Assembly: GCA_963827655.1 (NCBI GenBank)
Contig: CAWHCF010000031.1
Location: 128,001-192,000 of the forward strand
Length of the DNA: 64,000 nucleotides
Reading direction: 5' to 3'
From: an uncultured Acidobacteriota bacterium
GTDB lineage: Bacteria > Acidobacteriota > UBA6911
The number at the start of each line of letters is the position of its first letter. Within the stretch, counting starts at the first letter, position 1. The position numbers and the translations under genes are program-made. Shown here one piece after another: positions 41,147 through 50,650 of the stretch. The notes under the pieces are model-generated. The model was not told the DNA's origin and made no database searches. It saw only the letters and a list, made by a program, of their open reading frames with translations.

Positions 41147-42347
41147 TCACTTTACGGCGGTAAACATGATCTCGACCAGGCCGTCCGGATTTACCAGACC
41201 GGATTCTACAGTGGCCCGCGCCGGAAAATCTTTCGTGAACACCGTGCGATACCCCTCGTTCATCGCCTGGAACTTGGTAACGTCGGTAATGTATACGATT
41301 CCTTCGACAATGTGACTCCAGTCGAACCCGGCGGCCTTCAATGTCCGTCCAATATTCGCCAGCGTCTCACTTGTTTGTCCTTTCATGTCGGATTTGTTCT
41401 TCTCGTTATTGCCGAGCATGCCTGAGACGTAAAGACGGTCGCCCACTCGGATCGCGGAGCTGAGATTCGGATTTGGACGGCCCGGCGAGCCGTCCGCGCT
41501 CGGAGGCAAAATCGCCTCTCGCGTGGGCCCCTTGACCGCTACCAGCGTGATCTCGACCACGAATTGCGGGCCCATTAATCCTGTTTTCACTGTTGCGCGC
41601 GCCGGGGGATCTTTGGGGAAAAAGGCCCGGTAGGCCGCGTTCATGTCCTGGAACATCGCCGTGTCGGTGATATAGACCCGCGAGCTGACGACATCTGCGT
41701 GAGTCATCCCCGCGGTTTTAAGAATCTCTCCCGCATTTTCGAGTATTGTTCGCGTCTGCAACTTCATGTCACCGGCGATGACAGAGTCATCCTTGCCGTT
41801 TCGCGAAACCAGACCGGCGAGAAAAAGCGTGTCACCGGACTTGATGCCGAAACTGTAGGGACGAGGCGATTTCATCCAGCCCGACGGGTGAATGACATCG
41901 CCGCTCCGCGCCCTTTGGCGTCGCGACCATGGAGATTTCGATCAGCGCTTCCGGCAAAACCAGGTTGGTTTGGACAGTCGTGCGCCCCGGCGGATCCTTG
42001 GGGAAATAGCTCCGGTAGACTTCGTTCATCGCCTGGAAATCCGAGGCCGATTTCAGGTAGACATACACCGAAACCACGTTCTCGAAGCCCGTGCCCGCCG
42101 CTTTCAATACCGGTGCGATGTTGTCGAACACGCGCTTCGTCTGAGCCTTTATGTCCCCCGAAATCACACGTCCTGCGTCATCCGTAGCGATGGCTCCGGC
42201 GACATAAATAAAGTTGCCGGCCTTCACGGCGGGACTGAACGGCAGGTTAAGATCGAGACCGACCCGAATGATCTGTTTCTTCGACTGGGCAGAAAGAACA
42301 CCCACGACGGCAACGCAGATAAGAACTACTCTCATCACCAAGCGCAC
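41147..42347 (-). CDS. Signal peptide plus three tandem RidA/YjgF domains; apparent +1 frameshift at ~41898
   Basis: Three repeats ending PPGRTTV..LIEI, PPARATV..VVEI and FPARATV..LVEI; removing one base joins ERR|VIHPSGWMK; GAGGAGG RBS. Confidence 0.85.
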
Positions 42348-42420
42348 GGCGCACCTCCTCAGGTTAGGCCTATTCGGCAGACTTCTTCACGAAACCTTGA
42401 TTCTTATACAGAACTTGTCC

Positions 42421-42582
42421 GCAACCCAAGGTTTTTTCGTGTTTCTCAGCGTCTTCGCGTCTTCGTGGTGAGCGCTGCGACCACTAAGACACTAAGGTTC
42501 GTTCACTGCCCCGAACGAAAGCCCCCGACGACAAATGTGGTTATTTCGCAAGCCCTAAGACACAAAGAAACACCAGGAATCT
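42421..42582. repeat. Composite repeat: family C arms with a nested family D hairpin
   Basis: 'CTTCGCGTCTTCGTGGT...ACCACTAAGACACTAAG|GTTCGTTC..CCCCGAACGAAAG...GTTATTTCGCAAGCCCTAAGACACAAAGAAACACCAGGAATC'. Confidence 0.7.
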
Positions 42583-42621
42583 TTGCAGAGAAGTAGGAGG
42601 CGCGTGACGCCAGCCGAAGAC

Positions 42622-43637
42622 TTACTGGGCGACCTTTCTTAATTGATCGATCCGCTCCCGGACTGACTTGGAAAAACAATCAACTTCTTGCGGAGTTGCT
42701 CCGCTGGCCTGCAGCCCGCTTCGAATCTGAGAGTCCGTCAGCTTGCCGATATATTGCAGAATCCATTTTACGTCCTGCGGAGTTATTCCCTCATTAATGT
42801 CCTTTTCGTTAAACGCTCCGCTGAAACCCCACACCACTTCACCATCCCTGACCCCTTTTACGAATTCTGAGGTTTGAGACGCATATCCATCACAGTCCCA
42901 TTTATTCCGGACGAATCCAGGCAAGCCCCAGCGGCCCATGGACCCGCCCCAGTCGAGAACGAGGTAGCGTAGCTCCCTTCCCACCGGCGCCCGATGAGTC
43001 GATAATGGCCGTATTTGTGCCCATATCGACGTCACGCGCGTCCTTGGAATCCCAATTGGAGGTCAGCATCATGATGATTTTCAGCCCCTGAAGCGGCTTG
43101 CTCCCAAGAAAGGGATTATAGTTCCAGGCCCAGTTACGGCCTTTGAGGAGATTCGGTTCCCAGGCCTGAAAACGCGCGGTCGTGAAGCTCCCGTCGGAGG
43201 CCAATCGGTCCCCGGCACGTCCGGGATCGGTTACTCTCTCGATCCTGCCACTCTCCACAAAATAAGTCGGCAACGTGAAGTATCCAGCGGCCCAAGCAAG
43301 ACGAGACGCGAAGATTTCGGCTTTGACTTCGTCCCCCCATTTCACGCTCCACATCGACCCCCTTGCATCCCGCACCTTGAGCTTGGGTTTCTTTCCGCTT
43401 TCGATCTCCTTGATAAACGTGTAGGGGCCTTGCGGAGCGTTTGCTTTCCCGCCCGGACCGCCGGCCAGGTCTAATCTCTCGACCGAGCCCGGGCTCACGC
43501 CAGAGAACAGAATTTGCCCTGGTATCCACCCGGCTGCTTTCAGACGACGCCTTCTCTTTCATCAGAAAGAGTCTGAGCCGACAGGAGCAGATGCAACCAG
43601 GATCATTGTTAAAACTCAGATTTCGCAGGCAAGACAA
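42622..43637 (-). CDS. Putative secreted atypical-kinase-like hypothetical protein, broken by several apparent +1 indels
   Basis: AAAGGAGG RBS then TTG at 43637; fragments join as ...VLWREPG|SVERLDLAGGPGG...WSVKWGDEVKAE...NWDSKD...NT...GG|RELRYLVLDWGGSMG... Confidence 0.65.
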
Positions 43638-43723
43638 GGTCTCCTCCTTTCGCAATCGCCCGTTCCTTCGCGCATCCGGGCACCGCCTCGCTAAGAAAGC
43701 TCAAAAGAGCCTCGGGCCTGATC

Positions 43724-43739
43724 TGCAAGACCCGGACCA
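43724..43739 (-). promoter_or_regulatory. Putative sigma54 -24/-12 promoter
   Basis: TGGTCCGGGTCTTGCA (GG-N10-GC, TTGCA) upstream of the kinase-like gene. Confidence 0.5.
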
Positions 43740-44061
43740 TTACCGCGCCTTATCTCGATACCGACAGTCTGATCGCCCGGCTCTTAAGCCCGAGGTATCG
43801 CGGCTTTAGGGGAAGGCTTGGGGTCGTTGGGTGATTGTCCTTGATTTGCGAACTCGTCGTTAACTTGGCCATATCAGAGAAAATTTCCCGGTTGAATCGG
43901 GACAGATACTGCGCAGTGAGTCCCATCGCCGAGGAAATTCTCCTTCCGGTGGCGTGCTCTATTCAATACTCGAACGCTGATGCGGGCCACTCAATGACGC
44001 AATTGTTGGAAATTCTCGCTCTTTGCTGACGCTCGGCCTCTTCGAGAATGAGAAGTCAATC

Positions 44062-44077
44062 TGGTTTGAAAATTGCA
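44062..44077 (+). promoter_or_regulatory. Putative sigma54 -24/-12 promoter
   Basis: TGGTTTGAAAATTGCA (GG-N10-GC), 32 bp upstream of the CBS gene ATG. Confidence 0.6.
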
Positions 44078-44109
44078 CCAGCGGATTTGGAAGCCAGAAA
44101 GGAGGAATC

Positions 44110-44535
44110 ATGAAAAAGGTCAGAGAAATCATGACCAGAGATCCGGTTTGCTGTACACCGCAAGATAGTGTTACGGAGGCCGCCCAGTTGATGAAGCGTG
44201 AAGATGTTGGGTCGGTTCCAGTCGTAAAGGATCTCAAAACGAAAAAACTGGTCGGCATCGTCACCGATCGGGACCTGGCATTGAAAGTGTTGGCAGAGGG
44301 TCGCGACCCGAACAACACTCGAGTCGAAGAGATAATGACTCGCAGTCCGGTAACCTGCCGTGAGGACGATGATCTCGAGAGTTGCCTCGATGGCATGGAA
44401 AAACGCCAGATCCGCCGGATGCCGATTGTCGACCGAGAAGACAGAATCGTCGGAATTATCGCTCAGGCCGATGTGGCAACGCGCGGCGGAGAGCCTGAAA
44501 AGACTGCCGAACTGGTCGAGGAAATCTCTGAATAA
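44110..44535 (+). CDS. CBS-domain protein (Hrp1/YhcV-like)
   Basis: AAAGGAGG RBS; 'MKKVREIMT', 'LVGIVTDRDL', 'QIRRMPIVD', 'IVGIIAQADVA'. Confidence 0.92.
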   Translation: MKKVREIMTRDPVCCTPQDSVTEAAQLMKREDVGSVPVVKDLKTKKLVGIVTDRDLALKVLAEGRDPNNTRVEEIMTRSPVTCREDDDLESCLDGMEKRQIRRMPIVDREDRIVGIIAQADVATRGGEPEKTAELVEEISE

Positions 44536-44552
44536 CAAAAAGGGAGGTATTT

Positions 44553-45240
44553 ATGAACGGAAGATTAGCTCTGATAACCGGGATCGGATTCGGTGCCGGC
44601 TTGATGTATATCCTCGATCCCGCCATGGGAAGACGACGGCGAGCGTTGGCTCGTGACAAGACCGTACACGCCTGGAAGAAAACGAGCGACGCCGTGGGCG
44701 CGACAGCGCGCGACGTTTCGAATCGAGCCGCCGGTCTTTCCCAAAAGCTGCGGTCGAGCTTCACGCGCCAGGAGTCTCCTTCGGATGCCGTCCTGGTTGA
44801 ACGCGTTCGATCAAGGATGGGACACGTTGTTTCTCATCCACACGCCGTCGACGTCACGGCGAGCGGGGGGCAGATCATACTCCACGGCCCCGTTTTTGCG
44901 GCCGAGGTGGGCAGGTTGCTCTCGTCAGTCGCCGGGATCCCGGGAGTTGAGGGTGTAGAGAATCGGCTCGAAGTGCACGAAACTGCGGAAAATGTTCCCG
45001 TTCTCCAGGGCGGGATCGAGCCGGGAGGAAAGCGGTTTGAAGCGTCTGCAGCGGATCTGGTCTCCCTCCACAACCGCTGTGATGGCAGCGAGCGGGGGAG
45101 CGCTGGCGTTTTATGGTTGGAACCGGCGGGACCGGCTCGGTGTGACATGCAGGAAACTTGGTCTTGGGATGCTGTCACGCGGGTGGATGGCGTCCCGACG
45201 GCGCCGGAGCTGGATCAAAAATCTTCCGCTTATGAAATGA
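44553..45240 (+). CDS. BON-domain membrane-associated protein; apparent +1 frameshift at ~45042
   Basis: 'GAGLMYILDPAMGRRRRA', BON 'DAVLVERVRSRMGHVVSHPHAVDV...GVEGVENRLEV'; C-terminal 'WSPSTTAVMAASGGALAFYG' in the next frame. Confidence 0.8.
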
Positions 45241-45252
45241 AAGGAGGGCGGA

Positions 45253-45699
45253 ATGAACGCAGTCAAGTTGCTGAAGCAAGATCACCAGAGAGTACGAAAG
45301 CTCTTCGACGAATACGATGCGGCAAGCGATCGTTCCTCGAAAAAGAAACGGGAGATCGCCGAGACTATCTTCCAGGAGCTTGAGCTGCACAGAAGACTGG
45401 AAGAGGAGATCTTCTACCCGGCAGTGAATGCCAGGGCGAACCAGGAGGTCAAAGAGCTTGTTATTGAAAATCTCGAGGAACATCAAGAGGTAGGGTCCCT
45501 GATCGAGGAACTCAGGGAACTGGATCCGGAGGACGCCGGTTACGAGGAGAGCTTCGCGCAGCTCGTGGAAAGCGTCCAGGAGCATATAGAAGCGGAAGAG
45601 AGCGAAATGTTCCCGGAGGCTGAGAAACGTCTGCGTGACCAACTGGACGAGATCGGCAGCCAGATGGAAGAAGAGAAGGAAATGGCTTCCACACTCTGA
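45253..45699 (+). CDS. Hemerythrin-like (HHE) domain protein
   Basis: 'LLKQDHQRV', 'HRRLEEEIFYPA', 'EEHQEV', 'HIEAEESEMFP'. Confidence 0.92.
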   Translation: MNAVKLLKQDHQRVRKLFDEYDAASDRSSKKKREIAETIFQELELHRRLEEEIFYPAVNARANQEVKELVIENLEEHQEVGSLIEELRELDPEDAGYEESFAQLVESVQEHIEAEESEMFPEAEKRLRDQLDEIGSQMEEEKEMASTL

Positions 45700-45703
45700 A
45701 ACA

Positions 45704-45765
45704 TCCTGGCGTCTTCGCGTCTTAGTGGTTGCAGCCCTTCAATCCTAAGGCGCGAAGATGCAGGA
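45704..45765. repeat. Family C hairpin between convergent genes
   Basis: 'TCCTGGCGTCTTCGCGTCTTAG...CTAAGGCGCGAAGATGCAGGA'. Confidence 0.65.
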
Positions 45766-45777
45766 TCGGCTATGGTC

Positions 45778-46509
45778 TCAATTGCCGCCCGCGATCTCGA
45801 CCGTGAGGGTCACAACCGCGCGGATGTCGATTGTTCCAGGCTCGACCGGCGTGGGCGCAGCCGGTGCGTCCGCTCTCGCCATGGCCATGAACCGCTCCTG
45901 TACGACCGGTACCGCCGAACCGGCTTCTTCGACCAGCAGGATGCGTAGAACCTTAAGTCCAAGCGCCGAAGCGATCGAATCAGCCTTGGCGCGCGCGATA
46001 AGCGCAGCCTGACTCAAGGCCTCGGCCTGGGATTTCCGTTCATCCTTCAAGGTGAACTGAAGGCGTTGAATCGTGTTCGCCCCTGACTGAGTCGCAGTAT
46101 CGATCACTTTACCCACCAGCGAGAGATCAGAAATCTTCACCCGTACGACATTGTTAGCGGTATGACCGACGATGGTAGGTTTCCCGCCCTCTTTGGGGTA
46201 GCGATAATTCGGCGACACCGAGTAACTGATGGTCTTGATATCGGCCGAAGTTCCCAGTACGCGGCGCAGATCGTTGAGAACAGAATCGAGCCGCTGGGCA
46301 TTCTGTGTGGCGGCCGCCTGGGCCGATTCCGCTTGCGATAGCACGCCAATTTCGATTCGCGCCTCATCGGGGTTGGCGGTGACCACCGCCTCGCCTGTAA
46401 CCCGGATCGAAGGGCGCGGCGGCTTTGCCGGAGGCTCCTGGGATGCGGCTCCCGGCGCCGCAGCCCCGATCAACATAAGAATGGACAGCACTCTTGCGAC
46501 CTGAGACAT
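45778..46509 (-). CDS. SIMPL/DUF541 (YggE/BP26-like) periplasmic protein
   Basis: Signal peptide; 'IRVTGEAVV...PDEARIEIGV', 'GANTI', 'ARAKADSIA', 'PVEPG'. Confidence 0.92.
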   Translation of the reverse strand: MSQVARVLSILMLIGAAAPGAASQEPPAKPPRPSIRVTGEAVVTANPDEARIEIGVLSQAESAQAAATQNAQRLDSVLNDLRRVLGTSADIKTISYSVSPNYRYPKEGGKPTIVGHTANNVVRVKISDLSLVGKVIDTATQSGANTIQRLQFTLKDERKSQAEALSQAALIARAKADSIASALGLKVLRILLVEEAGSAVPVVQERFMAMARADAPAAPTPVEPGTIDIRAVVTLTVEIAGGN

Positions 46510-46525
46510 CTCATCTTCTCCCTTC

Positions 46526-49090
46526 TTATTGCGCCACCCTTTTCCTCAGGGCATCGGTGATTGGACGCCTCGCGTCATCGAATTGTTCCCACGGATCCCG
46601 GCCCCGTTCCGCAAGCCTGCGCCCGAGATTTCTCAGCGTATACTGATCGGAGCGCAAGGCGGCCAGCTCGTCCCAGTCTATCGGCGTCGAAACCGGAGCT
46701 CCGGGCCTGGCGCGCGTTGAGTAGGCTGCCACCGCCGTGGCGCCCCGAGCATTGCGCAGGTAATCAATGAATATTTTACCTCGCCGCTTTGCTTTTGACA
46801 TATTGGCGGTATAAAGCTCCGGCGCCTCTCGAACAAAAGTTTCCGCGAACTCCCGGCAGAACTCTTTGATCTCATCCCAGCCCTGTCTCCGCACCAACGG
46901 GACAACAATGTGCAGACCCTTCCCCCCAGTCGTCTTCGCGAAGGCTGCGAGGCCGAGGTCCTCCAGCTTCATCCGAAGCGCCTGCGCCGCATGAGCCACC
47001 TGCTTCCACGAGACTGAAGGATCCGGATCGAGATCGAAAATAAGGCGGTCCGGTTGTTCCAGCCTGTCAGTCCGAGACCCCCAGGGATGAAACTCGAGCG
47101 TTCCCATCTGCACCAGAGATATCAGCCCTCGAACCGAATTGATGGCGATGTACGTAGCCATTCCCTTTCCTTCCCGAAGCCGTACCCGTTGGACCGATTT
47201 ATCCAGCGCCTCATGCGCGTGCTTCTGATAAAAGCACTCTTTATCGCGTCCCTCAGGACAACGAACCAGGGTCAGCGGGCGTCCAGCCAGGTAGGAGAGA
47301 ATTCTGTCGGCGACTTCCTCGTAATAAAGAGCCAGCTGCCGCTTCGTGATTCCCTGGCCCGGGTAGAGGATACGGTCTGGATGAGTCAGACTCACGCCCG
47401 CGACCTCGTCAGAACCAGCCGGCGCCCGATTTGCCGGGACTTTCGCGCTCGGTCGCGCAACTTCGCGCTTTACGTCTCTGGCAGGTTTATCTTCGCGCAG
47501 GCCTTTGAAAGAGGGATGACGGAGAACTCCATCGCTGGTCCATTCATTAAAGTCAACTTCGGCCACCAGCGCAGGTTTGACCCAGTGCGAGCCCTGCGCG
47601 TCGGCTCCGGTGGGAGGGTTCGAGAACGGCGGCTGCTTCTGCTCGATCGCGCTTAGCCGGGTACGGAGGTTCTTGAGCGACTGCGCGGTAAAACCGGTTC
47701 CCACACGCCCCGCATATCGCAGGGTTCCCTCCTCGTCGTAAACCCCGAGCAAAAGCGCGCCCAGTCCTTTTCGTGATCCGGAGGGCTCAGTAAAACCCCC
47801 AATGACGAATTCCTGGCTTTGGAGACATTTGATCTTTAACCAATCACGACCTCGTCCGGAGGAGTAAGGTCGATCGATTCGTTTCGAGATAATACCCTCC
47901 AGACCGTACTGGGAGGCGTGCTCGAGAAGCGTCTCACCTTCCCCTACGACGTGATCGCTATACCGAATCGGACTGTTTTCAGGCGCCGGCGGCAAAAGTT
48001 TGAACAGCGCCTCCTTGCGCGCAAGAAGGGACACACGAGTCAAGTCGTAGCCGTCGAGGTGGGGGAGGTCGAATGCGTAATAGGCAAGCCTTTGGTGTTC
48101 ACCTCGGCTCAGAACGTTTTGAAGCGACTGGAAGCTGGTGGTGCCGTCGGGTTCCAGTACGACCACTTCGCCATCGATCAGGGCCTGGTCCACCGGAAGA
48201 GAGACCGCAGCCACGGCCAGTTCGCGAAAGCGGGCGGTCCAGTCCTTCCACTCGCGCGTAAAGAACTGCGCCTTCCCTTTCTCGATGCGGCAGAGCGCTC
48301 GATAACCGTCGTATTTTATCTCGTGAATCCACGCCTCACCTTTCGGAACCTGGTCGACGAGAGTAGCGAGCTGAGGCTGGAGCCTTTCCGGAAGCTTTGA
48401 CTTACGCGCGCCAGGAAGGCTTCCCGGGTTGAGGCGGAGTTCGACTTTGCGGCCGGGCGCCGGTTTCTTACCGGTTCCTTGATTGTCGGACGCGCGATTG
48501 GACCTCCACTCACGGTCCCGAGCGGCACGGATCTCCTCCATGCTCCGCCCGCTGGCCACACTCTCAGGACGTTCCTTCAGAATATCCCTCTTGCCTGACG
48601 GATCCGCCTTCTCATCGTTCTCTTTGATGAGCAGCCAATTCTCCTTCCCCTCTTCAGAGGAGCTCCTGCCCATCCGGACCAAGGTCCAACCTCCTTGCAA
48701 CTTTTCTCCGTCGAGACGGAACTTCAACTTGCCCGCCCGAAGGCCGGCCACCGGGTCGCCCTCTTCTGTCCAGCGGCCGCGATCCCACAGCAGCACCGTT
48801 CCGCCGCCGTATTCTCCTCGAGGAATGGTTCCTTCGAAATCGCCGTACTCGACGGGATGATCTTCCACGTGGACCGCGAGACGCTTATCTCTGGGATCCA
48901 GGCTTGGGCCCTTGGGAACGGCCCAGCTCAACAGGACGCCATTCAACTCCAGTCGAAAATCGTAATGCAGACGCCGGGCTGCATGCTTCTGGATGATATA
49001 CAGCCTGCCCGTTCGTTCTGGAGTTAAGGATCCGGGTGGTTCGAGAGTGCGGCTGAAGTCTCTTTTGCGGCGATAGGTCTTGAGTCCCAT
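46526..49090 (-). CDS. ligD: NHEJ DNA ligase D (PE-LIG-POL order)
   Basis: PE 'QKHAARRLHYDFRLE...SWAVPKGPS'; ligase 'EIKYDGYR', 'EGIISK'; polymerase 'FDLDP', 'KTTGGKGLH', 'IFIDYLRN'. Confidence 0.97.
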   Translation of the reverse strand: MGLKTYRRKRDFSRTLEPPGSLTPERTGRLYIIQKHAARRLHYDFRLELNGVLLSWAVPKGPSLDPRDKRLAVHVEDHPVEYGDFEGTIPRGEYGGGTVLLWDRGRWTEEGDPVAGLRAGKLKFRLDGEKLQGGWTLVRMGRSSSEEGKENWLLIKENDEKADPSGKRDILKERPESVASGRSMEEIRAARDREWRSNRASDNQGTGKKPAPGRKVELRLNPGSLPGARKSKLPERLQPQLATLVDQVPKGEAWIHEIKYDGYRALCRIEKGKAQFFTREWKDWTARFRELAVAAVSLPVDQALIDGEVVVLEPDGTTSFQSLQNVLSRGEHQRLAYYAFDLPHLDGYDLTRVSLLARKEALFKLLPPAPENSPIRYSDHVVGEGETLLEHASQYGLEGIISKRIDRPYSSGRGRDWLKIKCLQSQEFVIGGFTEPSGSRKGLGALLLGVYDEEGTLRYAGRVGTGFTAQSLKNLRTRLSAIEQKQPPFSNPPTGADAQGSHWVKPALVAEVDFNEWTSDGVLRHPSFKGLREDKPARDVKREVARPSAKVPANRAPAGSDEVAGVSLTHPDRILYPGQGITKRQLALYYEEVADRILSYLAGRPLTLVRCPEGRDKECFYQKHAHEALDKSVQRVRLREGKGMATYIAINSVRGLISLVQMGTLEFHPWGSRTDRLEQPDRLIFDLDPDPSVSWKQVAHAAQALRMKLEDLGLAAFAKTTGGKGLHIVVPLVRRQGWDEIKEFCREFAETFVREAPELYTANMSKAKRRGKIFIDYLRNARGATAVAAYSTRARPGAPVSTPIDWDELAALRSDQYTLRNLGRRLAERGRDPWEQFDDARRPITDALRKRVAQ

Positions 49091-49184
49091 CAGACTGCTA
49101 GATTACCACTATTGGGATTTGGGTCGGCCGGTCGTTGGCTTCAGAGCGCCAGAGAAGTTCGCGGCCTTAACGGGGTCTGAGCGC

Positions 49185-50033
49185 TCAGCCCGCCTTCCGC
49201 CTTCGTTCAGTTCTTCTACGGCTCGGCGCTTCGTCCTTCGCCTTCTCCACGCTGCGCTTCAGGAGATCCATGATATCGATCACCTGGGCAGTGCGCTTTT
49301 GCGGGATCTCCTTCGGGAGTTCTTCGATAGCCTCGGTAGCGCCGCTCTTCGCCTTCTTTTTAATCAGCGCCAGCAACTTCTCCCGGTACGTATCCTGGTA
49401 TTTTGCCGGCTCCCACGGCTCCATCATGGTCTCGACCAGACGCTCCGCCAGCTTGATTTCTTTCTCGGCGATGTCAAGAGTTTTGAGACTCCGTGGCGGA
49501 AGATCCAACTCCGCCGGGTCGCGTAGTTCATTGGCATAACGCAGCAGGTTGACGACGAGCACCGAACCCCACACCATCACGGCGGCAAGGTATTGCCTCG
49601 AGCGGATGACGATTTTCCCGATGCCAACTTTCCCGGTTCGCTCGAGCACTTCTCGCAGCAGCGCATAACTCTTACGAGCTTTCTTTAGAGGTTCGAGATA
49701 GTACGGCTTGTCGTAATAAACCGCATCGATCTCGGAAGCATCGACGAAACCCGTGATCTCAACCGTCTGAGTGGCCTCAACATCTGCGCGTCGAAAGTCC
49801 TCTTCCGTGAGGACGACGAATTCTTCCTTCTTGTATTCGTAGCCTTTGACAATCTCATCCCAGGGAACCTCGCGCCCGGTCCTTTCGTTGACGCGCTTGT
49901 AGCGAACCGGCGCGAGGTTCCGACGGTCCAGCAGCTTGAAACTGAGCTCCTCACGCTCCTCACCGGAGTGGAGGGCTACTGGAATATTTACCAGACCGAA
50001 GTTAATGCTTCCTTTCCAGATTGCCCGGGCCAT
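49185..50033 (-). CDS. ku: NHEJ Ku protein
   Basis: 'ARAIWKGSINFGLVNIPV', 'IVKGYE', 'YYLEP', 'VIDIMDLLKRSV'. Confidence 0.97.
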   Translation of the reverse strand: MARAIWKGSINFGLVNIPVALHSGEEREELSFKLLDRRNLAPVRYKRVNERTGREVPWDEIVKGYEYKKEEFVVLTEEDFRRADVEATQTVEITGFVDASEIDAVYYDKPYYLEPLKKARKSYALLREVLERTGKVGIGKIVIRSRQYLAAVMVWGSVLVVNLLRYANELRDPAELDLPPRSLKTLDIAEKEIKLAERLVETMMEPWEPAKYQDTYREKLLALIKKKAKSGATEAIEELPKEIPQKRTAQVIDIMDLLKRSVEKAKDEAPSRRRTERRRKAG

Positions 50034-50147
50034 ACACGTTATCCGACCCCTCAGGTGTCCTGGTGATTATCTTTATTCACTATCAGGACCCGGAACTTAT
50101 ATTCGAGTTCTTCGATTTGTCGCCTCCTGGATACTGGATTCCCGCAA

Positions 50148-50531
50148 CTATTCCCAGTAAGGTCGGTAGCCGTAATGCGAGTAGATTTGGCTACCCCACT
50201 CGGGGTTGGTCATATCAGGCCAGTCGTTCTTGTCGAACCCAGGAGCCTTCTCCAGTTTTTCTTTGTCCACGTTCAGGATGAACTTATGCTCCTCGGTGCT
50301 TAGCTCGAGGGCATCCCAAGGGATGGCAAACAGTTTGTTGCCCAAGCCCATGAAGCCCCCGAAGGACAGGACCGCGTAGCCGATCCGGCCGTTCTTGTAG
50401 TCGAGCATCAAGTCCTCGATCTTCCCAAGGTCCTCCCCCTCCGGGTTTCTGACTCGATCGCCAATCAACGTGCTGGCCGACAGCACTCTGGGTTCGTGTT
50501 GAACCTCGGTGTACTTCTCCGTGTATTTCAT
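50148..50531 (-). CDS. PRC-barrel domain protein
   Basis: 'LSASTLIGDRVRN..GEDLGKIEDLM...YAVLSFGGFMGLG.KLFAIPW...APGFDK..WPD'. Confidence 0.93.
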   Translation of the reverse strand: MKYTEKYTEVQHEPRVLSASTLIGDRVRNPEGEDLGKIEDLMLDYKNGRIGYAVLSFGGFMGLGNKLFAIPWDALELSTEEHKFILNVDKEKLEKAPGFDKNDWPDMTNPEWGSQIYSHYGYRPYWE

Positions 50532-50634
50532 GACGAAAACCCTTTCTGCATCTGAACCGTTCATTAAACCGGGCCGGGCCCCCCTATGAGACCGGCATTT
50601 GAATGTCTCGCTCGGGGCGAGCAGGGTCACACGG

Positions 50635-50650
50635 TGCAATCCGCATGCCA
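50635..50650 (-). promoter_or_regulatory. Putative sigma54 -24/-12 promoter of PRC-ku-ligD-SIMPL
   Basis: TGGCATGCGGATTGCA, close to the consensus TGGCAC-N5-TTGCW. Confidence 0.7.
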
